Source: Octopus sinensis (taxonomy: Eukaryota). Taken from it: a stretch of DNA of 64,000 nt. The notes under the pieces were generated by a model that worked only from the letters and a program-made list of their open reading frames with translations, was not told where the DNA came from and did not search any database. The DNA is taken from assembly GCF_006345805.1 (NCBI RefSeq), contig NC_042997.1, positions 191,766,001 through 191,830,000 on the forward strand, read 5' to 3'. Of the stretch, positions 13,136 through 25,430 are shown piece by piece. The translations under genes were made by a program, and so were the position numbers. The number at the start of each line of letters is the position of its first letter. Position 1 is the stretch's first letter.

Positions 13136-13757
13136 CTTACGTCAGTTAAGAATCATCTTAGTAGGGAAGATATGTTTTTGTACAGATATTTTGGTGTATG
13201 TCATATGTGTCTAGGAAATGTTACTTCTGATCTATGTACATCTGGTGTTTATATTTTTATTGGCAAGTATCTTCTACAGTAGCTTCAGGTCAACCAATGC
13301 TTGTGAGTAAAATTTGGAAGACGGAAACTGTAAGGTAGCATGCCATACACACACATCATCATTTTACTTTTGCTTTCCATGTTGGCATGGTTGTCACAGC
13401 CTAAATCCTTGCTTACTGGGAGCTTACTACTCTTAGAGTGTTGAAATGTATCATTTTAGCTGGATACCCTTCCTATCACCAACCATTTTACAGACAATGC
13501 TTGAGTGCTGGCACCAGCACTAGAGGGGTTCATAAGTCTTCAGTGAGACAAAACTAAAGGGATCTCACAATGCTACATGTTCTCACTTGCATGTTTTTCT
13601 TCAGATGATGTGACTGTAGAGGAGGGTGGTCAGAATGGGCAAGTGAAACAAGCAAAAGTAGACAGAATCATGGGGCTGGGGGGAAAGAGAGGACTAATGG
13701 CAAAAGCAGAAGTAGACATAGCAAGAGTAGGTGATGGGTGGCAAAGAAAAGTGGTCC

Positions 13758-13807
<50 letters not shown>

Positions 13808-14784
13808 AGAGAAGGGGGTCAGTACAGATAGGGTGCAGGCTATTTGTGACGGACACCTCCTCCTGATTATGCTCAGTAGATTGAAATCATGATATGGGAG
13901 CTCTGGCACCCATAACAGATGATTCTTGGCTTCTATGGATTATGTGTATGCTTTTAAGCACCAAGCATCTATATAACCTAATAACAAAATATTCAGTGTT
14001 CCAACTAGACATCTACATTAAGATGGATATAAAGATTGCCTTTTGGTATTAATGCTGCTTCTGTTGTTTCCTTCTACCAAATCCACTCACAAGGGTTTGA
14101 TCAGTCCGAGGCTATAGTAGAAGACACTTGCTCAAGGTGTCATGCAGCGGGACTGAATCTGGAACCATGTGGTTGGTAAGCAAGCTACTTACAACACACC
14201 CACTCCTGCGCTTCTGTATGTGTGTGTATATATATATATATAAAACAATGCACAAGCACAGGCAAGGTCAGTTTTGGCAGGGTTTTTACAGATGGATATC
14301 CTTCCGAACACCAAATACTTTACAGTGTGGACTGGGTGCTTTTAAGTGGCACCTGCACTGACAGGGTCACCATGACCTTGCAAAAGACAAAAGCTTTTAA
14401 GAGAGGAGGAGGCATTGAAGGAGGTGATGATGAAATGGTTATAGTGAGACAGATACAGGTGTCTTGCTATAGAGGAAGTACAAGGTTACCTGACTAAAGA
14501 GAGGAAGATCAGGAATGAAGACAGAAACAGGTGTGCTACCGCAAAGAAAATACACAGTTGCCCACCTGAGGGAAGTGCAGGAAAGGAGAAAGAGAGTGGG
14601 AGACGCAGGATGGTGATGGTGGCAAAATGCTGGGCATACTCACAAGGAATGGGGATTAGAGTATAAATGAGATGGCTGAGTAAAGGAAGAGAGAGATATA
14701 GATAGTTGCAAGTGCCAGGGCATACTCTTGAGGTTCAAATGCCATAATATAAGTGACAGGATACTGTGAAGGAAGTGTGATTAA

Positions 14785-15267
14785 CTCTTTCGTTACTATA
14801 TTTCTGACCAAAATACACACCTTATGTGTTTCAATTAATTTCTAACGTAATCATAAATTTAGTCTGGTTTCATTAAACAACTATAACTTTTTTATTTATC
14901 AATATATTAATTTGATTTTTGGAAGATAATTTAATGAAATGTTCTCAACCAATTCTATACTATAATTTTTGTCACAAAGTGACTCTAATTGCAGGTAGAT
15001 ACAGGTAAATTCAACAAAATATAAAATTATTAAAATTTTGTTCAAACATCGCTATAGAAAATGAGTTATGAGCTAATATTCAATTGGGTATACAACAAAA
15101 TTTTACGATAGAATTTGTTAGAACTCTTTACGAAGTATAATACGTGTTTTCACGAATGTACTAAAGAGATTTGCTCTGATATTCTCATTTAAATATTAAT
15201 AGGTAAATTCGGGCGGTTTTGGTCACATTAACCAAAATTTTTTTCGGGCGGTTTGGTAACGAAAGGG
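14785..15267. mobile_element. TTAA-flanked MITE (piggyBac-like), family 1
   Basis: TTAA-ctctttcgttac ... gtaacgaaaggg-TTAA. Confidence 0.75.
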
Positions 15268-15446
15268 TTAAGGAGTGTTTCAGTATTACATGTCAAAAAT
15301 GAAACAATAACACCTCTATTGTGTGAGAGCATGCGGTAAATAGTTAACCCCCGCCCCAAGCAAAAAACACAGCAAATAAAAAACAAAAACGCGATGATGT
15401 GGTACATGCAAAGTATTAAAAGATACTCAGGGAAGGAAAGAAAGGT

Positions 15447-15483
15447 TGTTTAACGTTTTGAGCAAAGCTCTTCTTCAGAAACA
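15447..15483 (-). ncRNA. Hammerhead-like motif with perfect 5-bp helix I but a G12A core change
   Basis: TGTTT-CTGAAGA-A-GAGC(TTT)GCTC-AAA-ACGT-T-AAACA. Confidence 0.55.
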
Positions 15484-15625
15484 GGAGACAGGGGAAAGTC
15501 CAAGAGAAAAGGAAGACAGAGGGAAAAAATCACCAACAATCCACATGTAGTTTCAAAATGTAATTATATGTGGATTGTTGGCGATTTTTTTACCCCCCAT
15601 TTCCCTTGGACTTTCCTCTGTCTCC

Positions 15626-15662
15626 TGTTTCTGAAGAAGAGCATTGCTCGAAACGTTAAAAA
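15626..15662 (+). ncRNA. Minimal type I hammerhead-ribozyme motif with canonical core
   Basis: TGTTT-CTGAAGA-A-GAGC(ATT)GCTC-GAA-ACGT-T-AAAAA; helix III is reduced to palindromic ACGT; helix I is weak (3 bp plus a mismatch). Confidence 0.65.
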
Positions 15663-17081
15663 ACCTTCTTTCCTTCCCTGAGCATCTTTTAATATTTTAC
15701 ATGCACCACGTGCTTGTGCTGTTGTTTTTTTCTTGTGTTTTTTCATTTTTTTAAAATTAATTATATATATATAAATATGTACGTATATACGTTTATATAT
15801 ATATGTGTATATATAGCACCCACTACACTCTCGGAGTGGTTGGCATTAGGAAGGGCATCCAGCTGTAGAAACTCTGCCAGATAAAGATTGGAGCCTGGTG
15901 CAACCATCTGGTTCGCCAGCCCTCAGTCAAAATCGTCCAACCCATGATAGCATGGAAAGCGGACGTTAAATGATGATGATGAGTGTGTGTGTGTGTGTAT
16001 ATATATGCTTATGTATATATAGATGTCAAATATTTAAGCAGATATGTCTATCTGATGAAGCATCATTACATATTTAAATGGATTTGATTATTCTTGAAAA
16101 ACTTTGTTTTATTAATGAAGCAGAAACAGCTGTAATTTATGAGATGTGTCATTTGTTTGTATAAAATATTTAAACTGAATTGGATTTATAATTGTTCAAT
16201 TTATAGTTTTGTTTTCCATTTCTTATTTATATAGGTAATATAAACCAGTAAATTCTTCAGATATTTAATATCCCTCAGGTGATTTTTACACCTAGCTAAA
16301 TTGTTATATATGTGTGTGTGTGTGTGGTGTGTGCGCGCGTATATATATGTGTGTATGTATGTATATGTGTGTGCGTGCGTGTATATATAAATTACTTGTT
16401 GAGCCTTGAGAAAGACATTGTCCATGATCTTTACAGGGTTCTGAGAGCAGTAGATAAACACTTGCAGGAAAGATGTGAGTAGTGAGAAGATTTTAGAGGG
16501 ATGATGTTCCTGGGAGAGAGAGGATAGGGCAAAATAGCGAGTGCAGAGCTAAGGGGTTTGGATATAGCAAGACCGAAAAGACTGAAAAACAAGTGGTTCA
16601 AGGATGCTTGTTGAAGGAGGGACAAAGCCAAGTAAGCTCTGAAAAATAGAGGCCATCATAGTTGCAACAGAAAGGAGAGAGAGAAGAGACAGTATATTTA
16701 TGGGTGAGGGACTGGAGCATGTTGGCAGGTGATTGAATTCTAATCATCTGAGTGTCCCTTCTCTGGATGTGGTGAAGGATCCCTGTATGTATAGCAGCAA
16801 TACCATCCTAGATGTGGGATCACACACATAGATAAGAGATGACACAGGAAAAACAATGGTTATGTTATGAACTTCATTAGCTTACAGCTGTTTCTGCTAT
16901 AAGATGAAGCAGACTCATGGTTAGTGCCTGATTAACATCCTATAGCTTCATTGGGACCTTGAATATGAAGTGCAATTTATTTGAGAAGAAAGAACAACCA
17001 GTTCTTGTAATGCCCATGTGAAATATAAACATGTGTATGTGTGTGTATATATATATATACACACACGCACACACATATATT

Positions 17082-17450
17082 CTTTTATTCTTTTACTTGT
17101 TTCAGTCATTTGACTGTGGACCATGCTGGAGCATTGCCTTCAGTCAAATAAATTGACCCCAGGACTTATTCTTTGTAAGCCCAGTACTTATTCTATCAGT
17201 CTCTTTTGCCAAACCGCTAAGTTATGGGGATATAAACACACCAACATCGGTTGTCAAGCAGTGGCAAACACAGACACAGACGCATATATATACAACAGGC
17301 TTCTTCCAGTTTCCATCTACCAAATCCACTCACAAGGGTTTGGTTGGCCTGAGGCTATAGTAGAAGATACTTGCCAAAGGTGCCATGCAGTGGGACTGAA
17401 ACCGGAACCATGTGGTTGGTAAGCAAACTACTTACCACACAGCCATGCCT
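17082..17450 (-). mobile_element. SINE family A
   Basis: Collinear with 209-642. Confidence 0.88.
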
Positions 17451-18204
17451 ATATATATATATACACACACATGCACGTCAAACACATGCATGCTTGTATT
17501 TGTGTCTTTGCATTGACTGTTTCTACAATGTTCACTGATTTATGTGTCCCCTAAATAAAATGTCTAGCAGCAGTTCAAAGTGTAGAGGCATGGAATAATG
17601 CAAGAGTTGGCATCAGGAGGAGTTTTGACAAATCCATGCCAGGATGGAAAAAGCAGACACAAAATCAATGATGATGATGATGGTGGTGGTGATGCTGTTT
17701 ACTTTGGTTGTGTGAAAATATTGTTCTACTTTTTCCCTATATAAGTGGTAGTATCAGGTGATTTGTGCATCATGAGGATATCAAATTAGTTTATATTGGA
17801 AGTGTGTTTATATGGTATATGTGAAATGTAATCTTAATCATGACTGTGGTGCTGATAACAATGCAGTGATCACAATACGCACACACATGTATTTGTATGA
17901 ATGTATGTGTGTGTGTATATTATAACTGTGGTTATTTGCAAACTCTGTATTTGATCTGTGTAACATAGAACAATAAAGTGCTTCCCTTGTGATTTGCTGT
18001 GGTTGAGCATCAAAATGCACTTGGAACACCCACTTCTGAGGTTGCAAGTTACCACAATGGTGAAACATACTTGGGAAGCAAATCATATAAGTTTGTGTTT
18101 ATCATAATCTCTCCAACACTTGTTCTGCATCTCATAACCATTAAACTACTAGGTACTGTAATAACCACTCAACTATACTGGAAGAGTGTGTGTGTGTACA
18201 TATA

Positions 18205-18442
18205 TATAAATCAGATGTTGCTACACATCGCAGGTCACAATGTGATCGCATTGTTTTAACCTTCGAACGACGCCACCCCGCTGGCTAAGCGAGCAGGCCA
18301 ACAGAAGAGAGAAAGAATGGAGCCTTGTGAAGCTTTTAGGTGTTTTCGCTCAATAAACACACACAATGCCCGGTCTGGGAATTCGAAACCGCGATCCTAC
18401 GACTGCGAGTCCACTGCCCTAACCACTGGACCATTGCGCCTT

Positions 18443-18443
<1 letters not shown>
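18205..18443 (-). mobile_element. SINE with a tRNA(Arg)-like head
   Basis: ggcgcaatggtccagtggttagggcagtggactcgcagtc...tttcgaattccc; no acceptor-stem closure. Confidence 0.75.
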
Positions 18444-18474
<31 letters not shown>

Positions 18475-20162
18475 TATATATGTATAATGTTGAAGTCATA
18501 AGAATTTAGAAACTTCAAGAGAATGTGAACTAATTATCTTTCAGAATGGTGAAACTCAACACAAGTAAAGCTATAATAGGTTAAAAAACACTCTGAACAG
18601 AAAAAGTCAACAGCTACCAAAGGTTTCATGTAGAAGATTCTGCAGGAATAATGAATGGAGTCATGGAAATCACCAAGCTGAGTGACCAAAGGATACTATC
18701 ACCATGAGACCAATGATAGTATTTTTTGTGTGGAAGTCAGAGATGGAGTGCAGGAGGTGAAGTAAGCATATGAAAAACTTGCTGGAGGACTGTGGAGGAG
18801 GATCTGGCAGACATAGGCCAAACCTAGGAGCAGACTCATAATTGGGCTTGCAAGCATGCTGGGTGGAGAACTTTTGTTATCTGAAGCTCCATGGGGAGTT
18901 GGAGGAACTAAAACTGTGAGCAACAAGGACAATTTTTATTTGAGATTATAATCAACTGACTTAATACCAGTAAATTGTGATTTATTTTGTCAACAGAAGT
19001 TATGATCAGTGTGCTAACCATAATAAGTTTGTTGGGATTGGTCAGAAAGTAGAAGGATAAAACATCTAGTTTGGTGGTCTACTATGGCTGTAAAGCCAGT
19101 ATTACTAAATTGTGGAAGTTAGTAACAAGATATTTTAAAAATTACTTTGACAGAAATGGAACAAATATTTGCATTTGTGGCATGTTAACAATGACAAAAC
19201 TGAGCAACTTATATTTCAAAAGACAAAAATAAAATGGATCAATGTAACAAAAATAAAATTCATTAAATCTCTATTTTTTAAATAGTTAAACTGAGTGAAA
19301 TTTCAAACAACCGTCATTTCCAAAGCCATCAATAGAAAGTGTGTCAGCTCGTAGTAATAAGAGAAAAGAAGGAAATGGTATTAAGTGGGTTTAATACGTC
19401 TAACAAGGATATAAGTGACATACAAGTACCAAATAGCTACTTCTTATGTAAGCATGAAATCTCGAGTCTATTGGAGAAGGAATAATTGGAATTTTGCGAT
19501 ATTTGTTCTTTTCCCAAAACATAAGGAAATGAATCCTTATGAAGGGGCAGTTCCCTCCAAATGTTACAAAGAATGGTGCCTACTGCTTGTCTGTGGGCAC
19601 GACCGTAAACGGATACTTAACACAAGCCAGTCATCCTGGTTGGGGGTTGTGTATAGGATTAACATTTTGTTATGAAAACATCAAAAGAAAGCAAAATAAA
19701 TCAGATTGTTTTGAAGCAAAGAAGATCTCGCTGGTGCTACATGAAAAGCACCCAGTCCACTCTGTAATGTGTTTGGCATTAGGAGAGGCATCAAGCTGTA
19801 CAAACCATGCCAAACAGACCTCACTGGTGTTGGTGTCACAAAATGCACCCAGTTCATTCTGTTAAGAGGTTGGCATTAGAAGAATATCCAGCTGTAAAAA
19901 CCATGGCAAAATAGACAGTAGAGCATTTTGCAGTCCTCTGGTTTGCCAGCATGGAAGACGTATGCTAATGATGATGATGAAAGCTACTTTGCCTTAGACT
20001 GATGAGAGATTTTCGTCAAAGAAATTCTAGGCAAAGGAAGAGTGAAGAAGAAAATAAAAAAACTAGAAGTTGATAGAAAGAACTGCCCAGGACAGAACTT
20101 GGAAGGCTTATATTCCAAAGGGAACTGAAGAGCGAAGAAGAATATGAGAAGAAAATACTTGC

Positions 20163-20203
20163 CTGTCCCATGATGCAGCTGTAGGTCTATTTTTCCGAGA
20201 CAT
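20163..20203 (-). CDS. RBM33: RBM33-like, first coding exon (MSRKNRPTAASWD+AG); the whole exon including 5'UTR is about 20163-20247
   Basis: Acceptor ttttctctttcag| at 20248, ATG at 20203-20201, and an end at AG|GCAAGT (GC donor). Phase 2 joins the 12781 exon to give WDSDEDLL, matching DWDSELEDDLL of vertebrate RBM33. Confidence 0.8.
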
Positions 20204-20779
20204 GCTTAGAGTATTTTTGATTTTAATTTAAGGTATTCATACAGAAACTGAAAGAGAAAAAAAATATCAATTCACAGCATACTCGAATTCAATTTGTAGA
20301 GTTCTTTTAAAAAACAAAATTAACACATATTAATTTGAAGGAGAAAAAGGTCACACAGACACTTTTCAATTGCTTTTAGAATTCATGAATTTTTTTTTAG
20401 AGATGATTAGATGATTTAGGTAGGTGATAATATGGTTTGTCATCCAGATACTATCATTAAATACTGCAAATAATTTTTTATTATTTAGCTAAATCAAATT
20501 TCATACTCTAGCTGTCCATCTATGTAAGCTGGCATACTGATATGTGTAGGTGTTCTTGTTTCTACAGAGAGATGTCTTAACTTCACAGATGTTTTTATAT
20601 AGACTTATCAGCAAAAAAAAAAGAAAAGACTTATGTTTCACCCTAAAATATGCATGCACACACACACTTACACACACAGCTGGCAAAGTAGGATACTGGT
20701 TATTTATATGAATAGTCAATAAAGTGATGCAAGAAAGTGTCATGCATGATGACTGGCACAGCAGCATCATTTATGAAAC

Positions 20780-21790
20780 TGTACAAAGGCAAAGGAGATG
20801 CCCTAAAGAGAAACTACAGAGACATCAAATTGTTGAACCAGGTCATCAAAGTAACTGAGTTATTGCGAAATTGATTTGTAGTATTAGCCTAAATGAGATG
20901 CAGTTTGGCTGAATGCCAAGAATACCACCACTCATTAAGAGTGCGATCTTCCAAGTGAGACGAGTGTAAGAGAAATACATAGCTACAAGTCACCACATCT
21001 ACCATATATAGACCTGGAAAAATTTTTTAATAGGGTCCCTCACATTGTCATCTGGTGGGCACAAAAGAAGTTATAGGTAGATGGATGGCAAGTGAGGGCC
21101 AGATAAGCTATGTATGAAGGGGCAGTTAACAATGAGTACAGCAATAAATTTAGCATACTGGTATGGGTCCATCAAGACTTGATCCTCAGCCCCTTTCTGT
21201 TAATTTAGTCCTCCAAACCATAACAGTGGTGTTTAAGATTGGCTATCTGTTGGAACTCCTTTATGCTGTTGACCTTGTTTTTATAGCAGATTTGAAGAAA
21301 AAATGCCAGACATGGAAGCTAAACCTCGAATTGGAGGACCTTAAAAGTTAACTTATCTAAATCTAAAGTTATGACAAATAGAAAAGATGAGAGGACTCTG
21401 CTGCTGTCAGGGAAATAGCCATACTTTGTATGCAGAAAAGGAGTTGGTTGAAACACCAATGTATCTGATGTAAACAATGGATGCATGAGTGGTAAGTGGG
21501 AGCAATGTTTAACTGCAAAGGTAGCCTTCATATGTGACAGTTGCACAAGGGGAATTAAGCATGCAGAACACCAAGGAAATAGATTTTCTCAACTGCTTAG
21601 AAAGCTCCATAGAAATAGTCATTAGTTTCTGTTAGCTAGGTGATTTAATTCGTAATAGGAAGGGGTACTCCGAAACAATAGGAACCAGAATAAGAACAGG
21701 TTGGAAAAAGTTCAAAGAGCTACTATCTCTGCTGACAATGAAAGGCAGATTAAATTATGCTTGTGCATGAAATGCAGTACAACATGGTAG
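20780..21790 (+). mobile_element. Degenerate RTE-clade reverse-transcriptase remnant
   Basis: YKGKGDAL..NYRDIKLL, EMQFG, DLEKFFNRVP and ELLYAVDLV (YADD-like) pieces with stops and frameshifts. Confidence 0.75.
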
Positions 21791-22806
21791 GGGGACATGT
21801 GTTTTGAATACATAGGATTAGTGAAGACAAGAAAGAAAAGAGGTGTGCATACTTCACTAAATGTGTAAATATTAATGTAAATGAACAATGCTCTCACAAC
21901 AATAAATCTGTTCCCCCATCGTAGTTTAATTTCAATACCTTGCCTAAAATCATTACTTTCTCTCCTATTCTCCTTTTCAATCATAGGTGTTCTTTACACT
22001 AGTCAATCTTACTAATACTGAAAAAAAATGCATGTTGTACATTCTGTAAAGTGGCTCGGATTAGGAATGACATCCAGACATAGAAACTATACTAATATGA
22101 AGATGATGGAGCAAGGTGTGTCCCTCAGACCCATCAGATCATGTTAAACTGTTCGACCCAAACCAGCACAGTAAGGAGATGTAAAATGATGATGACAAAT
22201 ATATATACTAATACACATACATATGCATGCATATATATGTAGAAATGTATGAGTGTGTGCGTGAGGGTGCATGACCTAGTGGTTAGGGTGTTGCACTCAT
22301 GATCCTGAGATCTTGGTTTCAATTGCTAGATGGCCAATGCAATCATTTTGACACCTGACGTGGTACATTCTGCACCTGGCAATGCTGATTTGATGGAGGG
22401 AGTGAGTTAAAGTACAGCATATACATTTGATTACTATAAACAAATCATTTGTACAGGTTATGCAACAAAAACTGAACACCCATATGGCATCTTTGCCAGG
22501 AGTTTCCATCATATACATATATATATATATATAAGGGAGAATTCACGAAAAAAAACAAAAGACAAAGACAGGTGGTGTAGAAAAGAAACAGATGTATTAA
22601 TATAACACCTGGGAATTCAGAAAGTCTTTATTTATTTATTTATATATATATATACTTACATATACATGTATATATATATATAAAATAATAATTTGAGGGA
22701 ATATCATTCCAAACTTACAGGGAAAAATTCAATTTAGAAATAATAAATCAAATTTCACAATATATATATATATATATATCATCATCATCATCATCATCGT
22801 CGTTAT

Positions 22807-23143
22807 ATATGAATTAGAAAAAAAAACACCTTTTATCAATTCAAAATGAAAAATTAAATTACACCATCTAGAAAATTACATATAATAGAAATATTAAATA
22901 TAAGATAAATAATATACCGATGATCAAGTAATGTGCAAAATAATAAATAAAACGTATATATTTGGTAGAATATTTGTTATTCTACCAAATATATACGTTT
23001 TATTTATTATTTTGCACATTACTTGATCATCGGTATATTATTTTTATCTTATATTTAATATTTCTATTATATGTAATTTTCTAGATGGTGTAATTTAATT
23101 TTTCATTTTGAATTGAAAAAGGTGGTTTTTTTTCTAATTTACA
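22807..23143. repeat. Near-perfect inverted repeat, arms about 165 bp with a 5-nt loop (TTTGT at 22973-22977), (TA)n flanks
   Basis: Direct base-by-base complementarity around ggtagaata-tttgt-tattctacc. Confidence 0.9.
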
Positions 23144-23164
23144 TATATATATATACATACATAT

Positions 23165-23316
23165 GGGTATATATGGGTATAGGACATCACAAAACATAAA
23201 CGACATGAAATACGAAGATGAACTTTTCTATGGTCTGCATACAAAAGTTCGTCTTCATATTCCATGTTTTTGTATTTCATGTTGTTTACGTTTTGTGATG
23301 TCCTGTACCCATATAT
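23165..23316. repeat. Second (TA)n-flanked fold-back element
   Basis: gggtataggacatcacaaaacataaacgacatgaaatac ... gtatttcatgttgtttacgttttgtgatgtcctgtaccc. Confidence 0.8.
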
Positions 23317-23338
23317 GCATATATATATATATATATAT

Positions 23339-23712
23339 CTTTTACTTGTTTCAGTCATTTGACTGTGGCCATGCTGGAGCACCGCCTTTTAGTCGTGCAA
23401 ATCGACCCCAGGACTTATTCTTTGTAAGCCTAGTACTTATCCTATCGGTCTCTTTTGCCGAACCGCTAAGTAACGGGGACGTAAACACACCAGCATCGGT
23501 TGTCAAGCGATGTTGGGGAGACAAACACACACACACATATATACATATATATATATATACGACGGGCTTCTTTCAGTTTCCGTCTACCAAATCCACTCAC
23601 AAGGCTTTGGTCGGCCCGAGGCTATAGTAGAAGACACTTGCCCAAAGTGCCATGCAGTGGGACTGAACCCGGAACTGTGTGGTTGGTAAGCAAGCTACTT
23701 ACCACACAGCCA
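23339..23712 (-). mobile_element. SINE family A
   Basis: Collinear with 209-642. Confidence 0.9.
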
Positions 23713-25256
23713 TAATATATATATATTATATATATAATAATATATATACATACATAAAAGCCCTGCATGTGATTAAGAAACATGCTAACCAAAGCCTTGT
23801 GAGTGGATTTGGTAAGAGAAAGAAACCTGTCTCATATGTGTGTGTGTGCGTATGTGTGTACCCTTGTCTCCACATCACATGATAGTTGCAATCAAGTATC
23901 ACATTTATGCAAGTGATCTGGCCATAGGAAACTTGCCTCAAAAATTTGCAATTGAACCATTCAAGCATAGAAAAATGAATATTCAATCATAATGATATAT
24001 AAATATATATATACGCCACTTTGGCTGGCTTCCGTGCTGGTGGAACATAAAAAGGACCAACCAATCATGGCCATTGCCAGCCTCCTTTGGCCCCTGTGCC
24101 GGTGGCACTCACAGAGTGGTTGGCGTCAGGAAGCTGTAGAAACATTGCCAGATCAGACTGGAGTCTGGTGCAGCCTCCTGGCTTCTCAGACCCTGGTCGA
24201 ACCATCCAACCCATGCTAGCATGGAAAACAGGCGCTAAACGATGATGATGATGATATATAAAATTTGTAAACCAAGTTGCAATATGTTTAATAAACATTT
24301 TTAACCTTGCAAAACGTGGATTATAAATTTGTTTACACACAGAATCTTGAATTTGCTGTCATTAATTTACTTTAGAGGAAGATGGACAAACAATTATAGG
24401 TGTAAAGAATGCATTTGCCATTCCTCCTTCTGAAGGGAATATTCAATGTTTCTTGTATGAAGGTAGTGATGCGTCAAAATGCATCTGTTTGCATAATATG
24501 CATTATAGGCACAGGCATGGCTGTGTGGTAAGAAGTTTGCTTTCCAACACATGGTCTCAAGTTCAGTCCCACTATATGGCATCTTGGGCAAATGTTTTCT
24601 ATGGTCCCAAGCCAATCAAAGCTTTGTGAGTCAATTTGGTAGACAGAAAGAAACTGTGTGTGTGTATATACATATATATATATATAGGAATAATTTAATT
24701 AGGATAAGGTGAATTTGAAGTCTTACAGCTGTTTCTAGGATAACCCGAGTAGTTGGTTAGTATATATATATGTGTGTATCTTTGTGTTTTTATATGCCCT
24801 CTACCCCCTGCCAATCATTTAGCAATCTGTTGGTTTGCTTACATTCCCCTAACGAAGCAGTTTGGCAAAAGAGACTGATAGAATAGATACCAGTCTTTTA
24901 AAAGTACTGTGGATGATTTCTTCATTGAAAACGCTTCAATGTGGTGCTCTAGTATGGCCACAGTCCATTGGTTAAAACAAATAAAAGCTATACTATCAGC
25001 CATCCACTGAATATTTGAAACAGCTGTAAATATCTATATACAACCTGTAAATATATATAACATTTTATAAATGCATTCCTTATACCTATAATTGCCCATC
25101 TTTGATATTCGTTCGCGATTTGTCTTTCTTTTAGCCAATTTATCTGATTCTGGAGTACTTTACCATGATTAAGAAGCTGGAGTTTAAGAATTCTGTCTGT
25201 TTGAGTGCTAAATAGGTGCTTATCTGCTCTACAATTGCACTAGCTCTTACCGAAAA

Positions 25257-25294
<38 letters not shown>

Positions 25295-25388
25295 CAATCA
25301 ACTAATAAGGGTGAGAAAATTGGATACTAATTGGATACTAGCGGATCTATTTTTAGTGCTAGAGTCGACCACATAGTGGTTACTCTTA

Positions 25389-25428
<40 letters not shown>

Positions 25429-25430
<2 letters not shown>

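Larger units (their letters stand above)
15362..15745. mobile_element. Fold-back element (arms about 180 bp) of hammerhead-bearing family 2
   Basis: 15362-15547 is the imperfect reverse complement of 15567-15745; a partial relative lies at 61274-61390. Confidence 0.75.

Noticed and set aside
18370-18443. tRNA gene
   Set aside because: The acceptor stem does not close and the sequence continues into a SINE body; it is a SINE head
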